DNA of 24,000 bases from Candidatus Bathyarchaeota archaeon B26-2 (GTDB lineage Archaea; Thermoproteota; Bathyarchaeia; Bathyarchaeales; B26-1), in the NCBI GenBank assembly GCA_001593935.1, contig LUCE01000002.1, forward strand, positions 45,772-69,771. Reading direction: 5' to 3'. Below the pieces are notes generated by a model. That model did no database searches. It was not told the DNA's origin and saw only the letters and a list, made by a program, of their open reading frames with translations. Both the position numbers and the translations under genes were made by a program. Below, piece after piece: positions 1-7,089 of this stretch (positions are counted from its first letter, which is position 1; each line of letters starts with the position of its first letter).

Positions 1-1076
1 ACTCAATGATCTCACTCCCAGGCCTAACGCTTGTAACCGGGAGGTTCAGTTTGGCAAGAGATGTTCTCCTCAACTTCAGTCGATACTGTAGGCAAGGCTT
101 GATACCGAACAGCTTCCCTGAGGGTGTTCATGATTCAGAGCCGTCCTACAACTCTGTGGACGCTTCTCTCTGGTTCGTCAACGCGGTCTTCCATTACGTT
201 AAGTACACTGGGGACATGGAGTTCGTCTCTCGAAGGCTGTGGGGCACCTTGAAGTCCATAATCGAGGCTTACATTGAAGGAACCCTCTTCGGCATACGTA
301 TGGACAGCAGCTGCCTGATCGAGCATGGTCCTAGACTCACCTGGATGGATGCGGCTGTCGGAGGGGTTCCTGCTACTCCTAGAGGCGGGAAGGCCGTTGA
401 GGTTGAGGCTTTATGGTATAACGCCTTGAGGGTCATGGAGGCCCTCGCTTCTAGGCTCGGATTCTCAGATGAGGCGCATAGATACAGTAGCATCGCCTAC
501 GAAGCGTATGAGAGTTTCAATAGGGAGTTCTGGAACCCTAAAGGCGGATATCTCTTCGATGTCGTTGAGGGTGGACGTAGAGACTCGTCCTTAAGGCCGA
601 ACCAGATAATCGCTGTCTCATTGGACTTTCCTATACTCGAAGGGTCGAGGGCGGCTCGTGTGGTCGAGGTCGTCTGGAGGCGGCTCTGGGCGACTTACGG
701 ATTGAGAACTCTAGATAGGGATGACCCGGAATACGTTGGGTGTTACATAGGAGATTGGGCTCATAGAGACAAGGCTTACCACAACGGAACAGTCTGGACC
801 TGGCTTCTGGGACCCTTCGTCACAGCGTTCCTCAAGGTGAGAAGACATGAGGAGAGATGGAGGAGATTCGCCATAGAGGCCTTCTTCAGACCGCTCTTCG
901 TAGACGAGCCCTTCAGAGCGGGATTAGGCACCTTCAGCGAGATCTTCGACGGAGATCCACCCCACACACCGCGGGGATGCATATCTCAAGCTTGGAGCGT
1001 GGCGGAGCCTCTGAGGTCCCTTGTGGAGGACGCCTTGTATTTGAGGCCTCCGTTCGAGTGTGACTTCCTCGGTTAG
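1..1076 (+). CDS. glycogen debranching enzyme, archaeal type (amylo-alpha-1,6-glucosidase / GDE_C domain), 5'-truncated by the window edge
   Basis: The reading frame stays open to the left edge, so the Met at position 6 is probably internal. Motifs typical of the GDE_C six-hairpin domain are present: LTWMDA, GKAVEVEALWYNAL, RPNQIIAVSL, YHNGTVWTWLLGPF, ISQAWSVAEPLR. Confidence 0.8.
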   Translation, partial: SMISLPGLTLVTGRFSLARDVLLNFSRYCRQGLIPNSFPEGVHDSEPSYNSVDASLWFVNAVFHYVKYTGDMEFVSRRLWGTLKSIIEAYIEGTLFGIRMDSSCLIEHGPRLTWMDAAVGGVPATPRGGKAVEVEALWYNALRVMEALASRLGFSDEAHRYSSIAYEAYESFNREFWNPKGGYLFDVVEGGRRDSSLRPNQIIAVSLDFPILEGSRAARVVEVVWRRLWATYGLRTLDRDDPEYVGCYIGDWAHRDKAYHNGTVWTWLLGPFVTAFLKVRRHEERWRRFAIEAFFRPLFVDEPFRAGLGTFSEIFDGDPPHTPRGCISQAWSVAEPLRSLVEDALYLRPPFECDFLG

Positions 1077-2053
1077 GCAGATAGGACCTCTGCGAGCCTG
1101 TAGAGTCTCATGTCAAGTTCTTTCTGTCCTTTCCAAGAGTAGTCGAGGTCTACTGAGATTATTTTTCCTCCTCTGATCCCTACCATCTCTCTCTTGGCCC
1201 CTTCGAGGAGCAGGTCTATAGCTTTACTTCCAAACTCGCATGCGAGAACCCGGCTGCGGGCCGTTGGGGAGCCGCCTCTCTGAATGTGGCCTAGTACGGT
1301 TAGGCGGACTTCATATCCTGTCTCCTTCCCTATGTGGGAGACTATGGCTCTCGAGTCTCCGGCTCCCTCAGCCATCACTATGATCTCGGAGGTCTTTCCC
1401 TCGCTTCGAGCCTTCTTGAGTTTTCTGCAGATGTCTTCTATTCGGAACTCTATCTCGGGGACGAGTATGACCTCTGCCCCCTCGGCGAGCCCAACCTCTA
1501 AGGCTAGGAACCCCCTCCGGCGGCCCATGACCTCGACGACGAAGACCCTCTCGTGGGATGTGGCTGTGTCCCTTATTCTGTCTATAGCGAAGAGGGCGGT
1601 GTTGACGGCCGTATCAAAGCCTATCGTGGTGTCTGTTCCCGCGACGTCGTTATCGATCGTCGCTGGGACGCCGATCACAGGAACTCCGCTGACCTTGTAG
1701 AGTTCGCTTGCACCCCTAAAGGTTCCATCTCCACCGATCGCTACAAGCCCGTCAAGTCTGTGGCTCTTAAGAGTCTCCGAGGCCTTCTCTAGGCCTTCAG
1801 GGGTCTTCATTCTCTCGCATCGAATCGTTTTGAGGATTGTTCCCCCGAGGTTGATTATTCCGCTTACTGACCTCGGTCCCATGCGACGGAACTTATCGTC
1901 TATGAGCCCGGCGTATCCCCTCTCGAACCCTATAACCTCTAGACCGTTATGCAGGGCTGACCGAACTATCGCCCTTATCGCGGCGTTCATCCCTGGGGCG
2001 TCTCCACCGGCCGTAACCACACCGATCCTTCTCATGCCAGAACACCGTCCCAC
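1073..2053 (-). CDS. pfkA: 6-phosphofructokinase, PfkA family (ATP-type signature residues)
   Basis: 326 aa with PfkA motifs GVVTAGGDAPGMNAAIRAIV, AIGGDGTF, GVPATIDNDV, MGRRRG and GHIQRGG. Its stop overlaps the stop of the convergent debranching-enzyme gene by 4 bp (1073-1076). Confidence 0.88.
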   Translation of the reverse strand: MGRCSGMRRIGVVTAGGDAPGMNAAIRAIVRSALHNGLEVIGFERGYAGLIDDKFRRMGPRSVSGIINLGGTILKTIRCERMKTPEGLEKASETLKSHRLDGLVAIGGDGTFRGASELYKVSGVPVIGVPATIDNDVAGTDTTIGFDTAVNTALFAIDRIRDTATSHERVFVVEVMGRRRGFLALEVGLAEGAEVILVPEIEFRIEDICRKLKKARSEGKTSEIIVMAEGAGDSRAIVSHIGKETGYEVRLTVLGHIQRGGSPTARSRVLACEFGSKAIDLLLEGAKREMVGIRGGKIISVDLDYSWKGQKELDMRLYRLAEVLSA

Positions 2054-2260
2054 AGATCAAAACAACACGCTTACAGGCTAATCTTATGGTCCGAGACGCC
2101 TTATAAACGGTTTAGAAGATTGATCTGCTTGTGAATACTCCGATGGTTTATGTCTCCCCTTTTTGGGTTGAAGTCTCAGCCTTGTCTCAAAATATTCATT
2201 AGGCGCCGGTCAATATTCTTGGTCGAGTTGGAACGGTTTACGTCGTGAGGATGGCTCGGA

Positions 2261-3568
2261 ATGGCGGAAGTGTTCTTAGATGTATCTCGAATCCTCTCCG
2301 GCGGGTTTGAAGGGGAGAGGGTTAGGGTTAGAGGGTGGCTTCATAACAAGAGGTCTAGCGGGGGGATACACTTCCTCCTCCTTAGGGATGGAACGGGCAT
2401 AATTCAGTGCACCATGAAGAGGGACGCTGTGGACAGCCGTCAATTCGAGCTGGCAAAAGAGATCACCCAAGAATCCTCGATCGAGCTGACTGGGATTGTC
2501 AGGAGAGACACGCGGGCGCCAGGAGGATACGAGATAGCCGTCGAGGAGCTGAAGGTCATCCACATGGCTGAGGAGGGCTTCCCAATAGCCAAGAAGTATC
2601 ATGGACCAGAGTTCCTCTTAGACCACCGCCACCTATGGATAAGGAGCCGTAAGATGCAGAATATACTCCGTGTCAGAGCCAAGTTTCTAGAGGCCGCTAG
2701 GGAGTGGTTCAAGCTAAATGGGTACACCGAGTTCCATTCACCTATCCTCATAACGGCTGCGTGTGAAGGGGGAGCCACACTCTTCCCTGTTAAGTACTTT
2801 GATATGGAGGCGTACTTAACCCAGAGCTGGCAGCTCTACGCGGAGGCCGCCATAGCCAGTCTGGGTAAGATATACACGGTGGCGCCTTCCTTCAGGGCTG
2901 AGAAGTCGAGGACTAGGCGTCACTTAACTGAGTACTGGCATCTGGAGGTCGAGATACCTTGGTGCGGTCTAGACGGAATAATGGAGGTTGAGGAGGAGCT
3001 ACTGAGTTACGTATGCCGTAAATTGGTTGAGGAGTCCTCAAGGGAACTCAAGGAGCTGGGAAGAGAAGTAGAGGACCTCTTGAGGGTGGAGCCTCCCTTC
3101 GAGAGGCTCACTTACGACGAGGCTGTTGAGATGCTTCACGAGGATGGCTTCGAGTTCGAGTGGGGGAAGGACCTCGGCAGAGTTGAGGAGAGGCATCTGG
3201 CCTTGAAGTTCGATAAACCCTTCTTCATCACTCATTACCCAACTAGCGCTAAGGCGTTCTACCATAAGCCCGACCCGAACCGTCCAGACGTGACGCTCTC
3301 AGTCGACTTGATGGCTCCTGAAGGGTACGGAGAGATAACGGGGGGTGGACAGAGGATAGACAGCCTAGACGAGCTTCTGAGGAGAATCAAAGAGAACAAC
3401 CTAGACCCCAAAGATTACGAGTGGTACATAGACCTTAGGAGGTACGGTTCAGTCCCTCACGCAGGCTTCGGACTCGGGGTTGAGCGGACAGTCTCATGGA
3501 TATGTAGACTCGACCACATAAGGGACGCCATAGCCTTCCCAAGGCTGATAAATAGGGTTTACCCATAA
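2261..3568 (+). CDS. asnS: asparaginyl-tRNA synthetase (class IIb, archaeal type)
   Basis: 435 aa with an N-terminal OB-fold. Motif 2 is FRAEKSRTRRHLTEYWHLEVE, and DPKDYEWYIDLRRYGSVPHAGFGLGVERTVSWI follows. The C-terminus is AFPRLINRVYP and lacks the FPRD..RL.P ending of AspRS. The protein resembles Pyrococcus-type AsnRS as I remember it. Confidence 0.88.
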   Translation: MAEVFLDVSRILSGGFEGERVRVRGWLHNKRSSGGIHFLLLRDGTGIIQCTMKRDAVDSRQFELAKEITQESSIELTGIVRRDTRAPGGYEIAVEELKVIHMAEEGFPIAKKYHGPEFLLDHRHLWIRSRKMQNILRVRAKFLEAAREWFKLNGYTEFHSPILITAACEGGATLFPVKYFDMEAYLTQSWQLYAEAAIASLGKIYTVAPSFRAEKSRTRRHLTEYWHLEVEIPWCGLDGIMEVEEELLSYVCRKLVEESSRELKELGREVEDLLRVEPPFERLTYDEAVEMLHEDGFEFEWGKDLGRVEERHLALKFDKPFFITHYPTSAKAFYHKPDPNRPDVTLSVDLMAPEGYGEITGGGQRIDSLDELLRRIKENNLDPKDYEWYIDLRRYGSVPHAGFGLGVERTVSWICRLDHIRDAIAFPRLINRVYP

Positions 3569-3586
3569 CAATAAGGGCGAAGAGCC

Positions 3587-4504
3587 GTGTCGTATAGAAG
3601 AGAGACTATGCACGCAGTTTTTCGTTGGGCTCCTTCGAGGCGGACCCTTCTAGCGGTCGCGGTATACTCACTCATCGCGCTCGCGTTGGAGTACTTCCTA
3701 ACGGTGACGTTCATCACCCACGGCCTCTCTGAGGGAGAGATGCTCACGTTGAGCCTAAGGGTTCCCGCGTCCGACATCACTCTTACGGCTTCGGTGAGCC
3801 CCCTAATCCACCTGATACCGGCGTGCGTCATGATAGCCTTAGTCTCGAGCTGGATGCACGTAACAGAGTACGCTCTTCGCATTCCGATGCGGAAACCAAC
3901 GAAGTTCAGAGCGCCTAAGCGAGTTAGACGGAGCGTACGACGCGGGAGAAAGGGTCTCCTCTTCGCTGTTAGGAGGCGGCTGAAGCCCCTGATCGACCTT
4001 TGGGGTAGGGTCAAGTGGAAGGCGAGGTCTCCCTTCGTCTCGTTGTGGAGAAGCCTAGACCTTGGACGTGTCTCAGCTCGTCTCCAGAGGATGCCCTTCA
4101 CAGTGGCCGCCGTTAAGGGGGCGCTGATAACACTCTTCGCCTTTTCCGTCCTAGCTGTGCTTGTCTACCTCTTGGAGTACCCCCAAACCCTATATGAGGC
4201 GACGGTCAATCTCTACCAAGGGAACCCGCTGCTCCTAAACCTTGTGTTTGGGCTTCATGAGGCGATTAGGGGCTTAGCAGTTGCCGTTGGACCCTTGGGC
4301 TGGCTTCCCTCCGCCGTGAACGACGCGCTTCTGAAATCGGCGCCGAGCTTCAAGAAAGCCTTAGACTTGTCGCTTAAGCCCGTACTTGAGGCGTTCTCCG
4401 GGCTGAACATTACGTGGAGGTACTTGGTATGCCAGAACCTAGCGGCATTGACGTCGGCGTCCATAGCTATCGTCTACGGGCGTTATAGAACCACAAAGCG
4501 ATGA
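3587..4504 (+). CDS. hypothetical integral membrane protein with a highly basic loop
   Basis: GTG start, with an alternative ATG at 3608; 305 aa. Several hydrophobic helices are present (LLAVAVYSLIALALEYFLTV, LIHLIPACVMIALVSSW, GALITLFAFSVLAVLVYLL, NLAALTSASIAIVYG). There is also an Arg/Lys-rich loop (RKPTKFRAPKRVRRSVRRGRK). I recognise no family. The gene fills what would otherwise be a 1-kb gap downstream of asnS. Confidence 0.55.
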   Translation: MSYRRETMHAVFRWAPSRRTLLAVAVYSLIALALEYFLTVTFITHGLSEGEMLTLSLRVPASDITLTASVSPLIHLIPACVMIALVSSWMHVTEYALRIPMRKPTKFRAPKRVRRSVRRGRKGLLFAVRRRLKPLIDLWGRVKWKARSPFVSLWRSLDLGRVSARLQRMPFTVAAVKGALITLFAFSVLAVLVYLLEYPQTLYEATVNLYQGNPLLLNLVFGLHEAIRGLAVAVGPLGWLPSAVNDALLKSAPSFKKALDLSLKPVLEAFSGLNITWRYLVCQNLAALTSASIAIVYGRYRTTKR

Positions 4505-4675
4505 GGCGGCTGAAGGGCTCACGTTCTATAAGAGTAATTTCTTGTCTTCCTCTTTGGAGAGTTACGTTCAGACCTAAACCTTTATCGAGGAAATGTGGAG
4601 ATAGTAGTAAGAGTCTTAAGGGATGAACGAACCCAGATGTGAGGTCGCTTATCTAACGGGAAGGACGCGTGGGCC

Positions 4676-6607
4676 TTGAGAGAGGTGGTCGTTGGAATAA
4701 TCGGCTGTGGAACGGTTGCGGAGTCTATACATCTCCCTGCTCTGAAGATGATCTCTGAGATTGAGATTGGAGCTCTAGCGGACATAGATGAGAGGAGAGC
4801 CTCACACCTCCTGGAAAAGTTCCACTTAGAGGACGCCTCGGTCCACAGAGATTACCGGGATCTCCTGAAGAACCCGGAGATCGAGGCGGTCTGGGTTCTA
4901 ACCCCTCCGAGGTTCCACGCCGAGATCTCTCTCGAGGCCCTGAAGAACGGGAAGCACGTCCTCGTCGAGAAGCCTTTGGCCACTAGCCTTGAGGAAGCCG
5001 AGGTCATTAGGGAGACCCTGAGGAAACATGGCGCCGGGGGATGTGGAGACCGACCCAAGGGACCGGTTCTCATGCCCGCTCACAACTTCGCCTTCACCCC
5101 ATGCTTCGAAAGGGCGCTCGATCTTCTAGAAGGAGACGCTTTAGGTGACATTAAGGAGATTAGGGGACGAACGGTCTCGAACCTCGCCTTCTACAAGGCT
5201 AGGACAGACTTCAGGCTTCAAGCTAAGGGCGGAGTGATCGAGGACCAGATGCCCCACATCCTATACTTGGCTAGGAGGGTTGGAGGCCCGTTTCGGAGGG
5301 TTCTCTCGCTTGAGCCGTATGGTGAGGGGAGACCCCTGATTGAGGACGCTCGGGTGAGGGCTGAGCTCGGAGATGGGGTGAAGGCGGACCTCTCAGCTGC
5401 TTGGTCAGGGTTTATTCCAACCTTTAAGCTCACGGTCGTTGGAGATGAAGGTCGGCTAGAGATGGATCTCCTCAGGAGACCCTACAACCTCACGGTCTTT
5501 AGAGGTGACGAACGTGAGGAGATTAAGTTGGGTCGGGGCTTCCTCCAGTATCTAGACGTCTTGAGGGGTAGACATCCGTCTTATCTTAGGGAGGACCTCC
5601 ACTTCGTCGAGGTTGTGAGGGGTGAGGCTGAGCAGAGGATAACCGTAGACGAAGGCGTCGAGGTTGTGAGGGTTCTGGACGAGATTATGGAGGTCCTTGA
5701 GAGCCGACCTAAACCCTCAGTTGGGATGGAGAGAGTTGCTCTGGTCCGTGTTGAGGACGGGGACGTGAAGAGGGCGATTCGCGAGTCCATAGCCCTCCTC
5801 GGAGGCCTAAACTTTAAGAGTGGGTCTCACGTAATCGTCAAGCCTAACATCTGTTTCTGGAAGAACACCGAGAACATGGTTATAACGGACCCGAGGATAC
5901 TTAGGGCTGTTCTGGAGATTCTGGATGAGAGAACAGACCAGATCACCGTCGTCGAGTCTGATAACAACTCCGGCCCAGCCGAGAAGCGGGCTGAGAAGAC
6001 CGGGGTTCTAGAGGTGGTCGAGGAGTGTGGAGCCGAGTTCCTGAACCTAAGCCATGACGAGTACGTTGAACACGAGGTCGCCGGCTTCAAGATAAGGCTT
6101 CCAAAGACCGTTCTGGACGCGGACTACCTCGTTAACCTCCCGAAGATGAAGACCTGTAATGTAGCCAACACGTTGATCACGGTAGCGATGAAGAATATGT
6201 TCGGGGTCATAGCCGACAAGAAGAAGGTCCGACTCCACAAGAGGCTGGTTGATGTTCTCCTATACGTGAATAGGACTATCCGCCAAGACCTCATCATAGT
6301 CGACGGCGTAACGGCCATGGAGGGACTCGGCCCAATATGGGGAACCCCGGTCCAGCTCAACCTCATAGTCGCCGGAAGAAACCCAGCGACCGTTGATACG
6401 CTCTGCTGCCACATCATGGGGATAAATCCCTACTCGGTTGAGGTTCTCTGGAGAGCCTACAAATCCGGCATGAGCGAGATAAATATAGAGCGTATAGAGG
6501 TCCTCGGCGAGAAGGTTGGAGATGTGAAGAGAAGATTCTCATACCCAATCTTCCTAAAGAAGAACATCACAGGGGCAATAAGGACGGCTCTAAAGACGTA
6601 CCTATAA
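4676..6607 (+). CDS. two-domain fusion protein: Gfo/Idh/MocA-family NAD(P)-dependent oxidoreductase (N-terminal) + DUF362 domain (C-terminal)
   Basis: TTG start at 4676, with GTG at 4685 also possible. The N-terminal part has a Rossmann signature VVVGIIGCGTVAESIHLPAL and HVLVEKPLA (the EKP motif of the Gfo/Idh/MocA family). From Met351 (nt 5726) the sequence looks like DUF362: RVALVRVED.., SGSHVIVKPNICF, DNNSGP, VNLPKMKTCNVANTLITVAMKNMFG, IIVDGVTAMEGLGPIWGTP, VAGRNPATVDTLCCHIMGINP. No stop codon separates the two parts. Confidence 0.7.
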   Translation: MREVVVGIIGCGTVAESIHLPALKMISEIEIGALADIDERRASHLLEKFHLEDASVHRDYRDLLKNPEIEAVWVLTPPRFHAEISLEALKNGKHVLVEKPLATSLEEAEVIRETLRKHGAGGCGDRPKGPVLMPAHNFAFTPCFERALDLLEGDALGDIKEIRGRTVSNLAFYKARTDFRLQAKGGVIEDQMPHILYLARRVGGPFRRVLSLEPYGEGRPLIEDARVRAELGDGVKADLSAAWSGFIPTFKLTVVGDEGRLEMDLLRRPYNLTVFRGDEREEIKLGRGFLQYLDVLRGRHPSYLREDLHFVEVVRGEAEQRITVDEGVEVVRVLDEIMEVLESRPKPSVGMERVALVRVEDGDVKRAIRESIALLGGLNFKSGSHVIVKPNICFWKNTENMVITDPRILRAVLEILDERTDQITVVESDNNSGPAEKRAEKTGVLEVVEECGAEFLNLSHDEYVEHEVAGFKIRLPKTVLDADYLVNLPKMKTCNVANTLITVAMKNMFGVIADKKKVRLHKRLVDVLLYVNRTIRQDLIIVDGVTAMEGLGPIWGTPVQLNLIVAGRNPATVDTLCCHIMGINPYSVEVLWRAYKSGMSEINIERIEVLGEKVGDVKRRFSYPIFLKKNITGAIRTALKTYL

Positions 6608-6675
6608 CTGTCTGGAACGGGACTTCCTCTGGGTGGGAGTTGACGGTATTAACCACGAAGCATGTTAAGGACGTT

Positions 6676-6990
6676 CTACTGGTCTGAGATTCTCTCCAGC
6701 TTGAAGATCACCGGTCTATAACCGTCTGTGCAGCACGTAACGAAGAGTCTAGGTCCTCCTCGAGCCATCCCCCAAACGATCTTCTGTATATCGGCCCACG
6801 CCCAACCGCAGAAGCCCTTGGGCATAACCCAAGGTGTGTCCTTAGACACTGTAAACTCTTGCCCCTCCTTGAACTTCTGGCATGGTCTCCAGCCTGAGGG
6901 GTTCTCCGTATACTTCTCCACCAAATCCTTGTGGAAGAGCCTCTTTACCACCGTGATCTTGACCTCGTAACGTTCTGGAAACAATTCCAC
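6676..6990 (-). CDS. small Cys-containing conserved hypothetical protein, TIGR04076-like
   Basis: The core is YEVKITVVKR...CQKFKEGQEFTV...PKGFCGWAWADI...FVTCCTDGYRPVIFKLERI, which matches my recollection of the ~90-100 aa TIGR04076 family. The ORF track extends it to a GTG at 7071. However, a strong TATA-like box (minus strand AAATATTAAAG, 7042..7032) lies inside that extension. In-frame GTG (6990) or TTG (6984) starts follow a GGTGG motif, so I call the shorter form. Confidence 0.55.
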   Translation of the reverse strand: MELFPERYEVKITVVKRLFHKDLVEKYTENPSGWRPCQKFKEGQEFTVSKDTPWVMPKGFCGWAWADIQKIVWGMARGGPRLFVTCCTDGYRPVIFKLERISDQ

Positions 6991-7004
6991 AAACCACCAT
7001 AATT

Positions 7005-7025
7005 CAAGTATTCCAAGTATTCCAA
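7005..7025. repeat. perfect tandem 9-nt repeat (CAAGTATTC x2.3)
   Basis: CAAGTATTC occurs at 7005-7013 and again at 7014-7022, followed by CAA. The repeat lies between the TATA-like box and the likely start of the TIGR04076-like gene. In the extended ORF it would encode GIL-GIL. Confidence 0.6.
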
Positions 7026-7031
7026 TCCCTA

Positions 7032-7042
7032 CTTTAATATTT
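7032..7042 (-). promoter_or_regulatory. TATA-like box (AAATATTAAAG on the minus strand) upstream of the TIGR04076-like gene
   Basis: An A/T-only 11-mer sits about 40 nt upstream of the in-frame GTG/TTG starts at 6990/6984. GGTGG lies just before those starts. Confidence 0.4.
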
Positions 7043-7089
7043 CTTCTTGACACCTCCGGGGGAAGGCTCACTCAGGGTCTACGGGTCCG

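Noticed and set aside
1284-2081. Several 79-138-aa plus-strand ORFs inside the pfkA region, and similar antisense ORFs inside the GH38, coaBC, feoB and oxidoreductase genes throughout the window
   Set aside because: All are antisense or out-of-frame shadows of long motif-bearing genes. None has a start context or a recognisable family.
3559-4101. 180-aa ORF on the minus strand overlapping the asnS 3' end and the membrane-protein gene
   Set aside because: It is antisense to a longer ORF with clear TM helices. Its Arg/Leu/Thr-rich composition is typical of shadow ORFs in this GC range, and I recognise no motif.
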